From Candidatus Aenigmatarchaeota archaeon (GTDB lineage Archaea; Aenigmatarchaeota; Aenigmatarchaeia; Aenigmatarchaeales; Aenigmatarchaeaceae), in NCBI GenBank assembly GCA_043814985.1, contig JBDRJK010000021.1:48768-112767 (forward strand): a DNA stretch of 64,000 nt. Reading direction: 5' to 3'. Below the pieces are notes generated by a model, which searched no databases, was not told the DNA's origin, and was given only the letters and a program-made list of their open reading frames with translations. The position numbers and the translations under genes were made by a program. Positions 9,182-18,245 of the stretch are shown piece by piece. Numbering within the stretch: the first letter of the stretch is position 1; the number at the start of each line of letters is the position of its first letter.

Positions 9182-10489
9182 TTGCTGAATAGAGACTTAA
9201 TAAAAAATGTTAAAAAACAAGATAAAGAAAAAGACGTTAACGTTTTTGGATGGCTTAAAAACAAAAAGGATTTTGGCAAAATAATCATTTTGAGAATAGT
9301 TGATTCTTCTGGAGAGATTCGTGCTGTGGCAAAGACCAAAATATTGAAAGAGAACTCTTTTCTTGATATCAAGAAGCTCAAGAAGGAATCCTGTATAAAT
9401 GTTATGGGAAATTACGATTCCAAAAAGAAAGAAATCCAGATAAAAGAAATAAAAATTATTGCAGCTGCTACTAAGTCTATATCGCCCTCCGCAAGGGATG
9501 ATTTTGATATCTATAATCAGAAATACACAAGTCTTGTCTGCGATAACAGGCACATCTATTTGAGAAACGAGAAAATTGCCACAATACTCAAGATTAGGAG
9601 CATGTTCATGGAGGAAATGCGCGATTACTTCCAAAAGAACAATTTCATCAATTTTAGCGCACCGATTTTGACCAACATAACACTTTATGGCGACAAGACA
9701 GCCTTTGATATTGATTTCTGTGGTAAGAAACTCTACCTCACACAATGCACAGCATTCTATCTGGAGTCTGCTATACCGGCTTTCGAGAAGGTTTATTTCA
9801 TGTCGCCTTCTTTCAGGAATGAAAAGTCTAAGAGCAGGAGGCATCTTAGCGAATACTGGCACTGCAAAGGAGAAATAGCTTTTTGTGATTTAGAAGGAAT
9901 GATGAAGTTTGTAGAGAATATGACATACACTGTCTACAAAAATCTAGTAAAAAACGCAGGAGAGGAGATGAGGAAAATAACCAAAATAGATTTTAACAAA
10001 TTCAAGCCACCTTACAAGTCAATTACCTATGAAAAGGCCGTTGAAGTTCTACAGAATAATGGTTTCAAAATAAAGTTTGGTCAAAGCATTGGGAGTGACG
10101 AAGAAAGATTCTTAGGTGAGAGGATGAAAAAAATGTTTTGGATCAAGTTCCTACCAAGAAAGGTGGAGGCATTCCCCTACAGAATCAACCCTTCTGATGA
10201 AAGAACAACACTGACGGCAGACCTCTTGTGCAATGAGTCTGGCGAGATATTGGGAACCGCTGAAAAGATATATCAAAAGGAAGAATTGGAAAGAAGGATG
10301 AGGGAGGATTTCGTTGCACATCCAAAAGAAATTTACAAATGGTACATAGAGCTTAGAGAAATGGGCTTGCCGCCGCATAGTGGTTTTGGTATGGGTGTGG
10401 AAAGAGTCTTGAGAAGTTTTCTTAATCTTAAACATGTAAGGGATGTTATACCTTATCCAAGACTTTATACAAGATTACCTTATCCTTGA
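9182..10489 (+). CDS. Divergent AsnRS-like class IIb synthetase paralogue
   Basis: OB domain plus motif 2 (FRNEKSKSRRHLSEYWH) and motif 3 (PPHSGFGMGVER); substrate loops non-canonical; TTG start. Confidence 0.85.
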   Translation: MLNRDLIKNVKKQDKEKDVNVFGWLKNKKDFGKIIILRIVDSSGEIRAVAKTKILKENSFLDIKKLKKESCINVMGNYDSKKKEIQIKEIKIIAAATKSISPSARDDFDIYNQKYTSLVCDNRHIYLRNEKIATILKIRSMFMEEMRDYFQKNNFINFSAPILTNITLYGDKTAFDIDFCGKKLYLTQCTAFYLESAIPAFEKVYFMSPSFRNEKSKSRRHLSEYWHCKGEIAFCDLEGMMKFVENMTYTVYKNLVKNAGEEMRKITKIDFNKFKPPYKSITYEKAVEVLQNNGFKIKFGQSIGSDEERFLGERMKKMFWIKFLPRKVEAFPYRINPSDERTTLTADLLCNESGEILGTAEKIYQKEELERRMREDFVAHPKEIYKWYIELREMGLPPHSGFGMGVERVLRSFLNLKHVRDVIPYPRLYTRLPYP

Positions 10490-11382
10490 TTTAATAATAT
10501 TTCTATATTTTCAGAACCAATTTTTTTAAGAGTATCGTCATTGAAATCTAAGTTCATAAAACTCTTTACAACATTCATATATTTTTCTTCAGTAATGTAG
10601 GGTAAATCTGTTCCGAATAATATCTTTTCAGCACCCAATGTTTTGATTAGAAAATCATATACGTCTTTACAATTCTTTTTGGTTTTAGCTGCAAACCTAT
10701 CCAAAAGACTGGTTTCAACAAAAACATTCTTTGTCTTTCTAGCATTTTCCAATACACCAGTGTCAAGCCTAGCACAGTGGGCAATTATGAAGCTTACAGA
10801 GGGATAGCATCTGGCAAGTTCTATTATATTAGAAGGTAGTGAGTTTTCATCCTCACCTGAATGCGAGATAAAAACAAGGCCGTTTTCCTTGACAATATCC
10901 ATTATTTCTGTTTTAGCTAGTTTTTTTGGGGAGAAATTAGTTACAAAGGGATGTATTTTAACACCTATTATACCTTTCTCAATATAATCATTCAGACATT
11001 TCACATTTTTAGGGTATCTCGGGTCTATTATTATGAAAGGTAATAAATCCTTGTTTCTTTTCCCAATGCCAATTATCTTTTCATTTTCTTTGTGATAGGG
11101 GTTTTCCTTGATTTTCCACCTTCCCTTACAGAGGGGGCATTCCAGAATGTAATGGTCTTCATGGACGCTTAAACATGTGGGGGAAAGACCGTAAGATTTG
11201 CAGTTTTTATTTTCACATGTTAGCTCTCTTACGCTTGGGCAGGGGAAAATTACAGATTTTTCAACCCCATTTTTTCTCATTAAATCTAATAGCCTACTTT
11301 CTGATAACGATATCTTTCTATCAGTCTTTCTGTTATAATAGTAATCGTTTCCTATATGCACGTGGCAGTCTGTTATTTTCAT
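10480..11382 (-). CDS. Metal-dependent amidohydrolase (Amidohydro_2-like TIM barrel) with a Cys-rich insertion
   Basis: DCHVH, GVKIHP, HSG, IIAH and LFGTDLP motifs. Confidence 0.88.
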   Translation of the reverse strand: MKITDCHVHIGNDYYYNRKTDRKISLSESRLLDLMRKNGVEKSVIFPCPSVRELTCENKNCKSYGLSPTCLSVHEDHYILECPLCKGRWKIKENPYHKENEKIIGIGKRNKDLLPFIIIDPRYPKNVKCLNDYIEKGIIGVKIHPFVTNFSPKKLAKTEIMDIVKENGLVFISHSGEDENSLPSNIIELARCYPSVSFIIAHCARLDTGVLENARKTKNVFVETSLLDRFAAKTKKNCKDVYDFLIKTLGAEKILFGTDLPYITEEKYMNVVKSFMNLDFNDDTLKKIGSENIEILLNQG

Positions 11383-11441
11383 AATTATAATTATATATGG
11401 AAACCATAAATTTTATAAGTTTCTAATATTCTAATGATGTT

Positions 11442-11621
11442 ATGGCTTGGTCTATAAACAATGAAAAATGCATTAGATGTGGAGGCTGTGTTTCAGTCTG
11501 CCCTTTTGCTGCATTAGAGCTGGATGACGATGTTATTCATGATGAAAAGCTGTGCACTTTGTGCGGAATTTGCGAGAAAGCTTGTCCTGTAAGAGCAATA
11601 GAGGTGAAAAAAGATGGGTAA
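11442..11621 (+). CDS. 2x[4Fe-4S] ferredoxin (59 aa)
   Basis: Read manually: CIRCGGCVSVCP and CTLCGICEKACP; not in the ORF track. Confidence 0.92.
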   Translation: MAWSINNEKCIRCGGCVSVCPFAALELDDDVIHDEKLCTLCGICEKACPVRAIEVKKDG

Positions 11622-11685
11622 GAAAAGGAGCTGGAAAACTGGGAAATCCCAGACCAAATATTCAAGAGAGAAGAAGAAAAAATGA
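11614..11685 (+). CDS. Putative 23-aa basic micropeptide (MGKKRSWKTGKSQTKYSREKKKK)
   Basis: Strong SD GAGGTGA at 11601-11607; overlaps the ferredoxin stop and ends 4 nt before the GGR start. Confidence 0.5.
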   Translation: MGKKRSWKTGKSQTKYSREKKKK

Positions 11686-11689
11686 TACT

Positions 11690-12835
11690 ATGTACGATGT
11701 GATAATTGTCGGCGCTGGTCCTGCTGGAAGCTCTTGTGCCAAGAGGTTGGTAGAGAAGGGTTTCTCTGTTAAGATATTTGACAGGAGAGAGGAGTTAGGA
11801 GTTCCTGTCAGGTGCGGGGAAGGCTTGAGCGAGCATGCTCAGGATATTATAGGTAAGATTCCCAAAGAATGCATTTCCCAGAATATCAAGGGAGCCAGGG
11901 TATATGCCCCAAACGGCAAGTACTTGGAAGCTGTGCTTGAGACTGGAGGATTCATACTGGACAGGAGAAAGTTTGACAAGTGGTTGGCAGAGAAGGCTGA
12001 GAAGGCAGGCGCGGAAATACAGAAGGACACCCTGATCACCGATTTCATAGTGGAGGACGGCTACTACATCGGAGTCAAGGGCGAGGGCTTTGAGGAAAAG
12101 GCAAGAATGGTTGTCTGCGCCACAGGAGCCGAGTCTGCTTTAAGGAAGTCTTTGAAGGTCTTCTCAAAGCTGGAGCTTATTGATTCTTGCTTGCAATATA
12201 AAATGTCCGGCATTGGTTCGGACCAGGATTTCATCCACATTTATCTTGGGAACGAGATATCTCCAAGGGGATACACTTGGGTGTTTCCAAAGGGAGGCGA
12301 CAAGGGCAATGTCGGAGTGGGCATCATTCCAGGAGAAAAAACAGCCAAGCACTATCTGGACAAGTTCATTAAGGAGACCGATGAACTGAAGAACGGCGAA
12401 ATATACTTGGTCGAGGGAGGCTGCGTTCCTGTTGGCGGCATGCTGAAGGATGCAGTGGATAATGGTTTATTGCTGTGCGGCGAGGCAGCGCATTATGTCA
12501 ACCCCATACATGGTGGCGGCATAAAGGAAGGTATCGTATCAGGTTTTTTGGCTGCTGATGTCATTGCAGAATGTTTAAAGAATAATGATGTTTCCAAAAA
12601 AGCCCTGTCCAAGTACAATGACTTGTGGTGGGAGCAGAGAGGCAACAAGCTGAAGAAGGTGGAGAAGCTGAGGGAAGTTCTCGAGAAGCTCTCTGACAAG
12701 GATTTGAACGAGTTGCTTGATGTTCTCAAGCCAGAGGACATTGTTGATTTCACCAGGGGAGCCAAACTCTCTGTTCTTGCAAAGGCCCTCATGAGAAAGC
12801 CCAGGTTGTTAGGACTGGCTAGGCACTTGATGTAA
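11690..12835 (+). CDS. Geranylgeranyl reductase (DGGGPL reductase family)
   Basis: YDVIIVGAGPAG, PVRCGEG, PRGYTWVFPKG and NPIHGGGI motifs; adjacent ferredoxin. Confidence 0.93.
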   Translation: MYDVIIVGAGPAGSSCAKRLVEKGFSVKIFDRREELGVPVRCGEGLSEHAQDIIGKIPKECISQNIKGARVYAPNGKYLEAVLETGGFILDRRKFDKWLAEKAEKAGAEIQKDTLITDFIVEDGYYIGVKGEGFEEKARMVVCATGAESALRKSLKVFSKLELIDSCLQYKMSGIGSDQDFIHIYLGNEISPRGYTWVFPKGGDKGNVGVGIIPGEKTAKHYLDKFIKETDELKNGEIYLVEGGCVPVGGMLKDAVDNGLLLCGEAAHYVNPIHGGGIKEGIVSGFLAADVIAECLKNNDVSKKALSKYNDLWWEQRGNKLKKVEKLREVLEKLSDKDLNELLDVLKPEDIVDFTRGAKLSVLAKALMRKPRLLGLARHLM

Positions 12836-12898
12836 TCAGCTTATTTAATAACAATACAAATAATTATTTTATCTAAGTTGCAATATTCTAGTGGTAAG

Positions 12899-15376
12899 AT
12901 GACGAGAATAGAAAAATTAGATATACAGGGTTTCAAGTCCTTTTCCAGGAAGACTTCCCTAACTTTCCCTAGCAACTTCTCTGTGATATGCGGTCCCAAC
13001 GGCTCTGGCAAGTCCAACATACTTGACGCGTTATGTTTCGTTCTGGGAAGGACCTCTGCCAAAAGCTTGAGGGCTGACAGGATGATGGAGATGATATTCC
13101 ACGGCACAAAGAATAGGCCTCCCGCAGAGCTGGCAAAGGTCTCAATGCATTTTGACAACTCAAGTAAAGAGTTCCCCTTTGAGGATGACAAGGTCATCCT
13201 GTCCAGGAGAATAAACAGGAAAGGCATTTCCATTTACAAATTAAACGGAAGGACTGTTACAAGGGAAAGGATCCAGGAGATTCTCAGGCCTGTCAGAATC
13301 CGACCTGGCGGCCACAATATAATTTTGCAGGGAGATGTCACTGAGATAGTTGAGATGAGTCCTCTGGAAAGAAGAGAGATTATTGATGAGATATCTGGGA
13401 TAAAGGAGTTCGACCAGAAGAGAGACAAGGCCCAACGCGAGTTGATGACAGTCGAGAACCGGTTAAAGGAGTCGCATATCATTCTTCACGAGAAAAGGTC
13501 AAACCTTGTCAGGCTTGAAAAGGAGAGTAAAGATGCTCAAAGATACCAGAAGCTGACAAGGGAACTTGATAAATTAAGAGCCTCTTTGGCAAGGCACAAG
13601 CTGAGTGTTGCTGAGAAGGCAATGGCAAAGCTCGACGAGAAAATAAGTAATATCGAGACAGGTGACATTGACAAGGAAGTTGATGTGATAGAGAAGGAGT
13701 TGGAGAGGGTTGAGAAGGAGAGGGATGTTGTTGACAAGAGGCTTTTTGACAGGACCAAGGACATTGCCATAATTAAAGAAGTTGAGAAGATAAGGTCTGA
13801 GATAAACAGGAACAGGGACAAGATAGATATGGGACAGCTCAACATAAGAAGGACAGAGGACGTGATAAGGAGATTAGAATACTTGCAGCAGAAGGAGAGG
13901 GAAGGTTCTGTCAGCAAGGCTGTCAAGGAGATAATGAACCTTGGTTGGACAGGAGTATACGGGACAATTTCCTCGTTGTCAAAGGTTTCCAAGAAGCACC
14001 AGTCAGCAATTGAGGTGGCTGCTGGCCCGCATCTTAATGATATAATTGTTTCTGATGAAAGGGTTGCAATTGAGTGCGTTAACCATTTGAAGAAAAACAA
14101 GATTGGGAGGGCAACGTTTCTTCCCCTGAACAAGATAAAAACAAGGGACAGCAAAGGTCTGAAGAAGTTCTCTTATGATGACGGCTTTGTTGGCATAGCA
14201 ATCGATTTGGTAGAGTTTGACAACAAGTACTACAATGCATTTTCTCATGTTTTCGGGAGCACTGTCATTGCCAACACAATCAGTGATGTCAGGAGGATGG
14301 GCATAGGCAATGCTAGGTTTGTAACTCTTGAAGGAGACTTGATAGAGAGGTCAGGAGCAATAATCGGCGGTTATTACATCAAGAAGAGGGTCTTTTCTGG
14401 CAAGGAGGAGATTGAAAAATATACTAATGACAAGGCAAAGCTGGCTGCTGACATCAAGGTTCTGGAGAAGGATATTGTTTCTCTGAAAGCTCAGTTGGAG
14501 TCTTTAACAACTGAGGAGGAAACTGGCAGCAAGGAATTGACTGACATGCAGAAGAAAAGGCAGATGCTGGAAGAGATGTTCGACTCATTGGAAAAGAAGA
14601 GGAAGAGTATGTTCCACGAGAGGATGAACTCCCAGGAGAGCATTAACAAATTAAGAATTAGAAAGGCAAGGCTTGAGGCGGAATTAGAAAACCTTAAACT
14701 GGAGTTCGAGAACTACAAGAAGACCGAGACGCTTGACATTACCCCGTCTGTTCTGGAAAATAGGATACACCAGACCACTGTCTACATAAACGCTTTGGGA
14801 CTGATAAACATGAAGGCTCTTGAGGAGTATGACGAGCAGAAGATAATATTCACCGATCTTAAGGAGAAGGTCGACAAGTTGACAGAGGAGAGGAACAAGA
14901 TTCTAGAGATAATAGCCGAGATTGAGGGCAAGAGGAAGGAGTCATTTACCAAGACCCTGGATGAATTGAGAAAGGAGTTCAAGATTGTTTTCCATGACTT
15001 GATGAAGGGCGAGGCTGATTTGAGGCTGATAGGCGGTATGGACAGTGGCTTATTGATTGAAGGCAGTGCAAAAACTAAAAAGATGATGAACATAGATTTG
15101 ATGTCTGGTGGCGAGAAGACCTTGACTGCTCTAGCATTCCTGTTTGCCATCCAGAGGTTCAGGCCAGCGCCGTTTTATATTCTTGACGAGATTGACGCTG
15201 CTTTAGATAAACCGAACACCAAAAAGACAGTTGAGTTGATTAAGAAGTATTGCGACAATTCCCAGTTTATTGTTATTTCACATAATGAAGCGACAATCCA
15301 GGCAGCTGATTCTGTGTACGGAGTTTCTATGGAAGAAGGGGAGTCTAGGTTGGTTGGAATAAAGATGCCTGGCTAA
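12899..15376 (+). CDS. smc: Chromosome segregation ATPase Smc, short-armed (about 825 aa)
   Basis: GFKSF, Walker A GPNGSGKSN, hinge (GVYG..GRATFLPL..VTLEG..GAIIGG), MSGGE and LDEIDAALD. Confidence 0.95.
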   Translation: MTRIEKLDIQGFKSFSRKTSLTFPSNFSVICGPNGSGKSNILDALCFVLGRTSAKSLRADRMMEMIFHGTKNRPPAELAKVSMHFDNSSKEFPFEDDKVILSRRINRKGISIYKLNGRTVTRERIQEILRPVRIRPGGHNIILQGDVTEIVEMSPLERREIIDEISGIKEFDQKRDKAQRELMTVENRLKESHIILHEKRSNLVRLEKESKDAQRYQKLTRELDKLRASLARHKLSVAEKAMAKLDEKISNIETGDIDKEVDVIEKELERVEKERDVVDKRLFDRTKDIAIIKEVEKIRSEINRNRDKIDMGQLNIRRTEDVIRRLEYLQQKEREGSVSKAVKEIMNLGWTGVYGTISSLSKVSKKHQSAIEVAAGPHLNDIIVSDERVAIECVNHLKKNKIGRATFLPLNKIKTRDSKGLKKFSYDDGFVGIAIDLVEFDNKYYNAFSHVFGSTVIANTISDVRRMGIGNARFVTLEGDLIERSGAIIGGYYIKKRVFSGKEEIEKYTNDKAKLAADIKVLEKDIVSLKAQLESLTTEEETGSKELTDMQKKRQMLEEMFDSLEKKRKSMFHERMNSQESINKLRIRKARLEAELENLKLEFENYKKTETLDITPSVLENRIHQTTVYINALGLINMKALEEYDEQKIIFTDLKEKVDKLTEERNKILEIIAEIEGKRKESFTKTLDELRKEFKIVFHDLMKGEADLRLIGGMDSGLLIEGSAKTKKMMNIDLMSGGEKTLTALAFLFAIQRFRPAPFYILDEIDAALDKPNTKKTVELIKKYCDNSQFIVISHNEATIQAADSVYGVSMEEGESRLVGIKMPG

Positions 15377-16015
15377 TTACAACTCTTTAATTGCTGGTAA
15401 ATCCGAAATCCTAATAACAGCATCTTCCGGTATTTTCAACATGCTTCTGCAATCAATGCCGAAAATTCCCGTTTTCTTTCCCCCTTCTTTCCCAAAACCA
15501 TAAACATGGTAATCAACAGGTCCCAGAGAGGTTTCGGCAATTTTTTCTCCTGAGCCGTTTTTTACTAAATTATCTATTTCCCTCTTTAAAAATTCTAAAT
15601 GACATTCTTGCGTAATGATAACACCTTTTTTATTTTCTCCTTCCTTCTGCTGGTAATTCAAACACACTAAACCCCCTGCCACAAATTCATTCTTATAATT
15701 ATTTTTCCTTTGAATTTTCTTAGCCTTTCTTGTCAATTTTTTAGAAAGTTTATAGGGCATTTTCTTATTTTTAGAACAAGCATAACTTACTGTCTCAATA
15801 ATTTCTTCCATTCCTTCTGGTCTGTGCAACTCTGAACAGCTATTGCATACACCTACAAGGGTGTAGTTTTTCCCTTCAAACAGTTTATATGCGGCTCTTT
15901 CAATTTCAGCCTTAAGTTGGACTTCTTTCCTCCCTGTAACCTCTGATATAATTTTGTTAATGTCTGATGCACCTTCTCTTAACTCATTAACATACAAAGG
16001 TTTTTGGCGTGACAT
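15377..16015 (-). CDS. Hypothetical protein
   Basis: 212-aa ORF fills the gap; one CxxC; no family recognised. Confidence 0.6.
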   Translation of the reverse strand: MSRQKPLYVNELREGASDINKIISEVTGRKEVQLKAEIERAAYKLFEGKNYTLVGVCNSCSELHRPEGMEEIIETVSYACSKNKKMPYKLSKKLTRKAKKIQRKNNYKNEFVAGGLVCLNYQQKEGENKKGVIITQECHLEFLKREIDNLVKNGSGEKIAETSLGPVDYHVYGFGKEGGKKTGIFGIDCRSMLKIPEDAVIRISDLPAIKEL

Positions 16016-16123
16016 AGAATTTAATTGAAAGGAAAAGGATTTAAGCCTTTCTCGGTGTTGTTGGAAAAGCCGGGAACAATCCTGCAGATATCTTTATACG
16101 GTTTACAACAAAAGAAAATAGCT

Positions 16124-16921
16124 ATGGAAGAAAAATTCATAATCCAAGTTGAGAATCTCACGAGGAAGTTCGGGAATTTTACAGCAGTGGATGACATCTC
16201 CTTCAAGGTCAAAACCGGAGAAATATTCGCTTTCCTGGGCCCGAACGGAGCTGGGAAGACGACGACCATCAAAATGCTGACAACGCTTCTCAAACCGACT
16301 TCCGGCAGCATGAACATCAACGGCTTCGATTCCGTGGCCAAGCAAAACGAAACGAGGAGCTCCTTTGGGATAGTGTTTCAGGACCCCAGCCTGGATGACG
16401 AGCTGACCGCTTACGAGAACATGGAGTATCACGGCGTGCTGTACAAGATTCCCAAGGACATCAGGAAGAAGAGGATAGAGGAGATGCTGAGATTCGTCGA
16501 ACTCTGGGACAGAAAAAAAGATCTGGTGAAGACTTTTTCCGGTGGAATGAAAAGGCGGTTGGAAATCGCGTGCGGGCTCTTGCACCATCCGAAGATTTTC
16601 TTCCTGGACGAGCCGACCTTGGGGTTGGACCCTCAGACAAGAAACCATATCTGGGAGTACATACAGAAGCTGAACAGGGAAGAGGGGACCACAATATTTT
16701 TTACGACGCATTACATGGAGGAGGCTGCCAAGGTCTCAAGTGTCATAGCAATCATCGACGGAGGAAAAATAATAGCCCAGGGAACTGCAGAGGAGCTGAA
16801 GGCAACAACAAAGACCGCCTCCCTTGAAGACGCTTTCATAAGCCTGACCGGCAAACAGATACGGGAGGAAGACGCAAGCAGCGCTGACCGCATGAGAATG
16901 CGACGCAGGATGTTCAGGTGA
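16124..16921 (+). CDS. ABC exporter ATP-binding subunit (DrrA-like)
   Basis: GPNGAGKT, FSGGMKRRLE, LDEPT and TTHYMEEA motifs. Confidence 0.93.
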   Translation: MEEKFIIQVENLTRKFGNFTAVDDISFKVKTGEIFAFLGPNGAGKTTTIKMLTTLLKPTSGSMNINGFDSVAKQNETRSSFGIVFQDPSLDDELTAYENMEYHGVLYKIPKDIRKKRIEEMLRFVELWDRKKDLVKTFSGGMKRRLEIACGLLHHPKIFFLDEPTLGLDPQTRNHIWEYIQKLNREEGTTIFFTTHYMEEAAKVSSVIAIIDGGKIIAQGTAEELKATTKTASLEDAFISLTGKQIREEDASSADRMRMRRRMFR

Positions 16922-17679
16922 TGAATATGGATGCTAATGTAATTTTCGTTCTTTGGAAAAGGCAGCTGAAGAGATACTTCCGCTCAAGGTCCAGGATGAT
17001 AGGCTCGGTAGCGCAGCCCCTGCTGTTCCTGTTTGCATTCGGTTTTGGGTTCAGTTCGGTTTTCCAACAGGCAGGGCAGGGCAATTACTTCCAGTTCCTA
17101 GCGCCAGGAATCGTTTCCATGGCCATACTTTTCACTTCAATTTTCACTGGAATAGAAATAATCTGGGACAGGCAGTTCGGCTTTCTCAAGGAGACACTGG
17201 TTGCACCCGTGTCCAGGCTTGAAATCATGATTGGCAAGACCCTGGGCGGGGCGACCGTGGCAAGCCTTCAGGGAATCATTGTGATAGGCATATCATTGCT
17301 TGTAGGTTTCGTTCCCTATAGCCTTGTGATGATTCCTGTGGCCTTTGCCTTCATGTTCCTGATTGCCACGCTCTTTGCAGCGATCGGGACTGCGATTGCT
17401 TCGCTCTTGGAGGACATGCAGGGCTTCCAGCTTATCATGAACTTCTTTGTGATGCCCATATTCTTCCTGTCGGGGGCCCTGTTCCCGCTGGAGGGGCTGC
17501 TGGAAGTGGTTGGGATACTTTCAAAGGTGAACCCACTTTCGTACGGGGTCGACGGCATCCGTTCCGCTCTTACAGGTGTCAGCTACTTCGGGTTTGCAAT
17601 CGATTTCGCAGTCCTTGGCGTTTCAACGGCAGTCTGCCTTGCTGTCGGCAGCTATCTCTTCTCCAAGATGCAGATATGA
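16921..17679 (+). CDS. ABC-2 type permease (DrrB-like)
   Basis: FLAPG, DRQFGFLKE, FLSGALFP and NPLSYGVD motifs. Confidence 0.92.
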   Translation: MNMDANVIFVLWKRQLKRYFRSRSRMIGSVAQPLLFLFAFGFGFSSVFQQAGQGNYFQFLAPGIVSMAILFTSIFTGIEIIWDRQFGFLKETLVAPVSRLEIMIGKTLGGATVASLQGIIVIGISLLVGFVPYSLVMIPVAFAFMFLIATLFAAIGTAIASLLEDMQGFQLIMNFFVMPIFFLSGALFPLEGLLEVVGILSKVNPLSYGVDGIRSALTGVSYFGFAIDFAVLGVSTAVCLAVGSYLFSKMQI

Positions 17680-17720
17680 TGGCTTAGAAAAAATTTAAAT
17701 TTCCTCCCTCTATTTACTTT

Positions 17721-18245
17721 ATGTTAAACATCTACCAGCCAGCAGAAGACTCGTTCCTCTTGGAAAAGTATGTAAAGAAACTGGCAAGGGGAAAAGTCCT
17801 GGACATGGGCACAGGTTCAGGAATACAGGCAAAGGCTGCTTTAGAAAGAACTGATTCTGTTACAGCAGTTGACATCAATCCAGAAGTGATCGAGCACTGC
17901 AAGAGCATCAAGAACGTTGAGTTCATCCAATCCGACCTCTTCTCCTCTGTCACTGGCAAGTTCGACACGATAATATTCAACGCACCATATCTTCCTGAAG
18001 AGGGTCCCAAGGACCCTGCCTTAGATGGAGGAAAGAAAGGACATGAAACAATAGAAAGGTTCCTGAGCCAGGTAAAGGAGTTCCTTTCAAAGGACGGAAT
18101 AATACTCCTGGTCTTCTCATCATTCACTAACAAGGAAAAGGTGGATCACTTAATTGTGGAGAACGGCTTCAGGTTTGAAGAGTTGGAAAGGATACACTTC
18201 TCCTTCGAGAACATCTACTGCTACAAGATAACTATTTCTTTCTAA
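17721..18245 (+). CDS. HemK2/PrmC-like release factor glutamine methyltransferase
   Basis: YQPAEDSFLL, LDMGTGSG, FNAPYLP and DGG..G motifs. Confidence 0.88.
   Translation: MLNIYQPAEDSFLLEKYVKKLARGKVLDMGTGSGIQAKAALERTDSVTAVDINPEVIEHCKSIKNVEFIQSDLFSSVTGKFDTIIFNAPYLPEEGPKDPALDGGKKGHETIERFLSQVKEFLSKDGIILLVFSSFTNKEKVDHLIVENGFRFEELERIHFSFENIYCYKITISF

Noticed and set aside
11552..11689. 46-aa N-terminal extension of GGR
   Set aside because: It overlaps the ferredoxin gene; the family N-terminus MYDVIIVG begins at 11690.
13537..14154. Long antisense ORFs (also 9197-9862, 16103-16711, 28776-29357, 61583-62137)
   Set aside because: Each lies wholly opposite a well-supported gene and has no recognisable motif.
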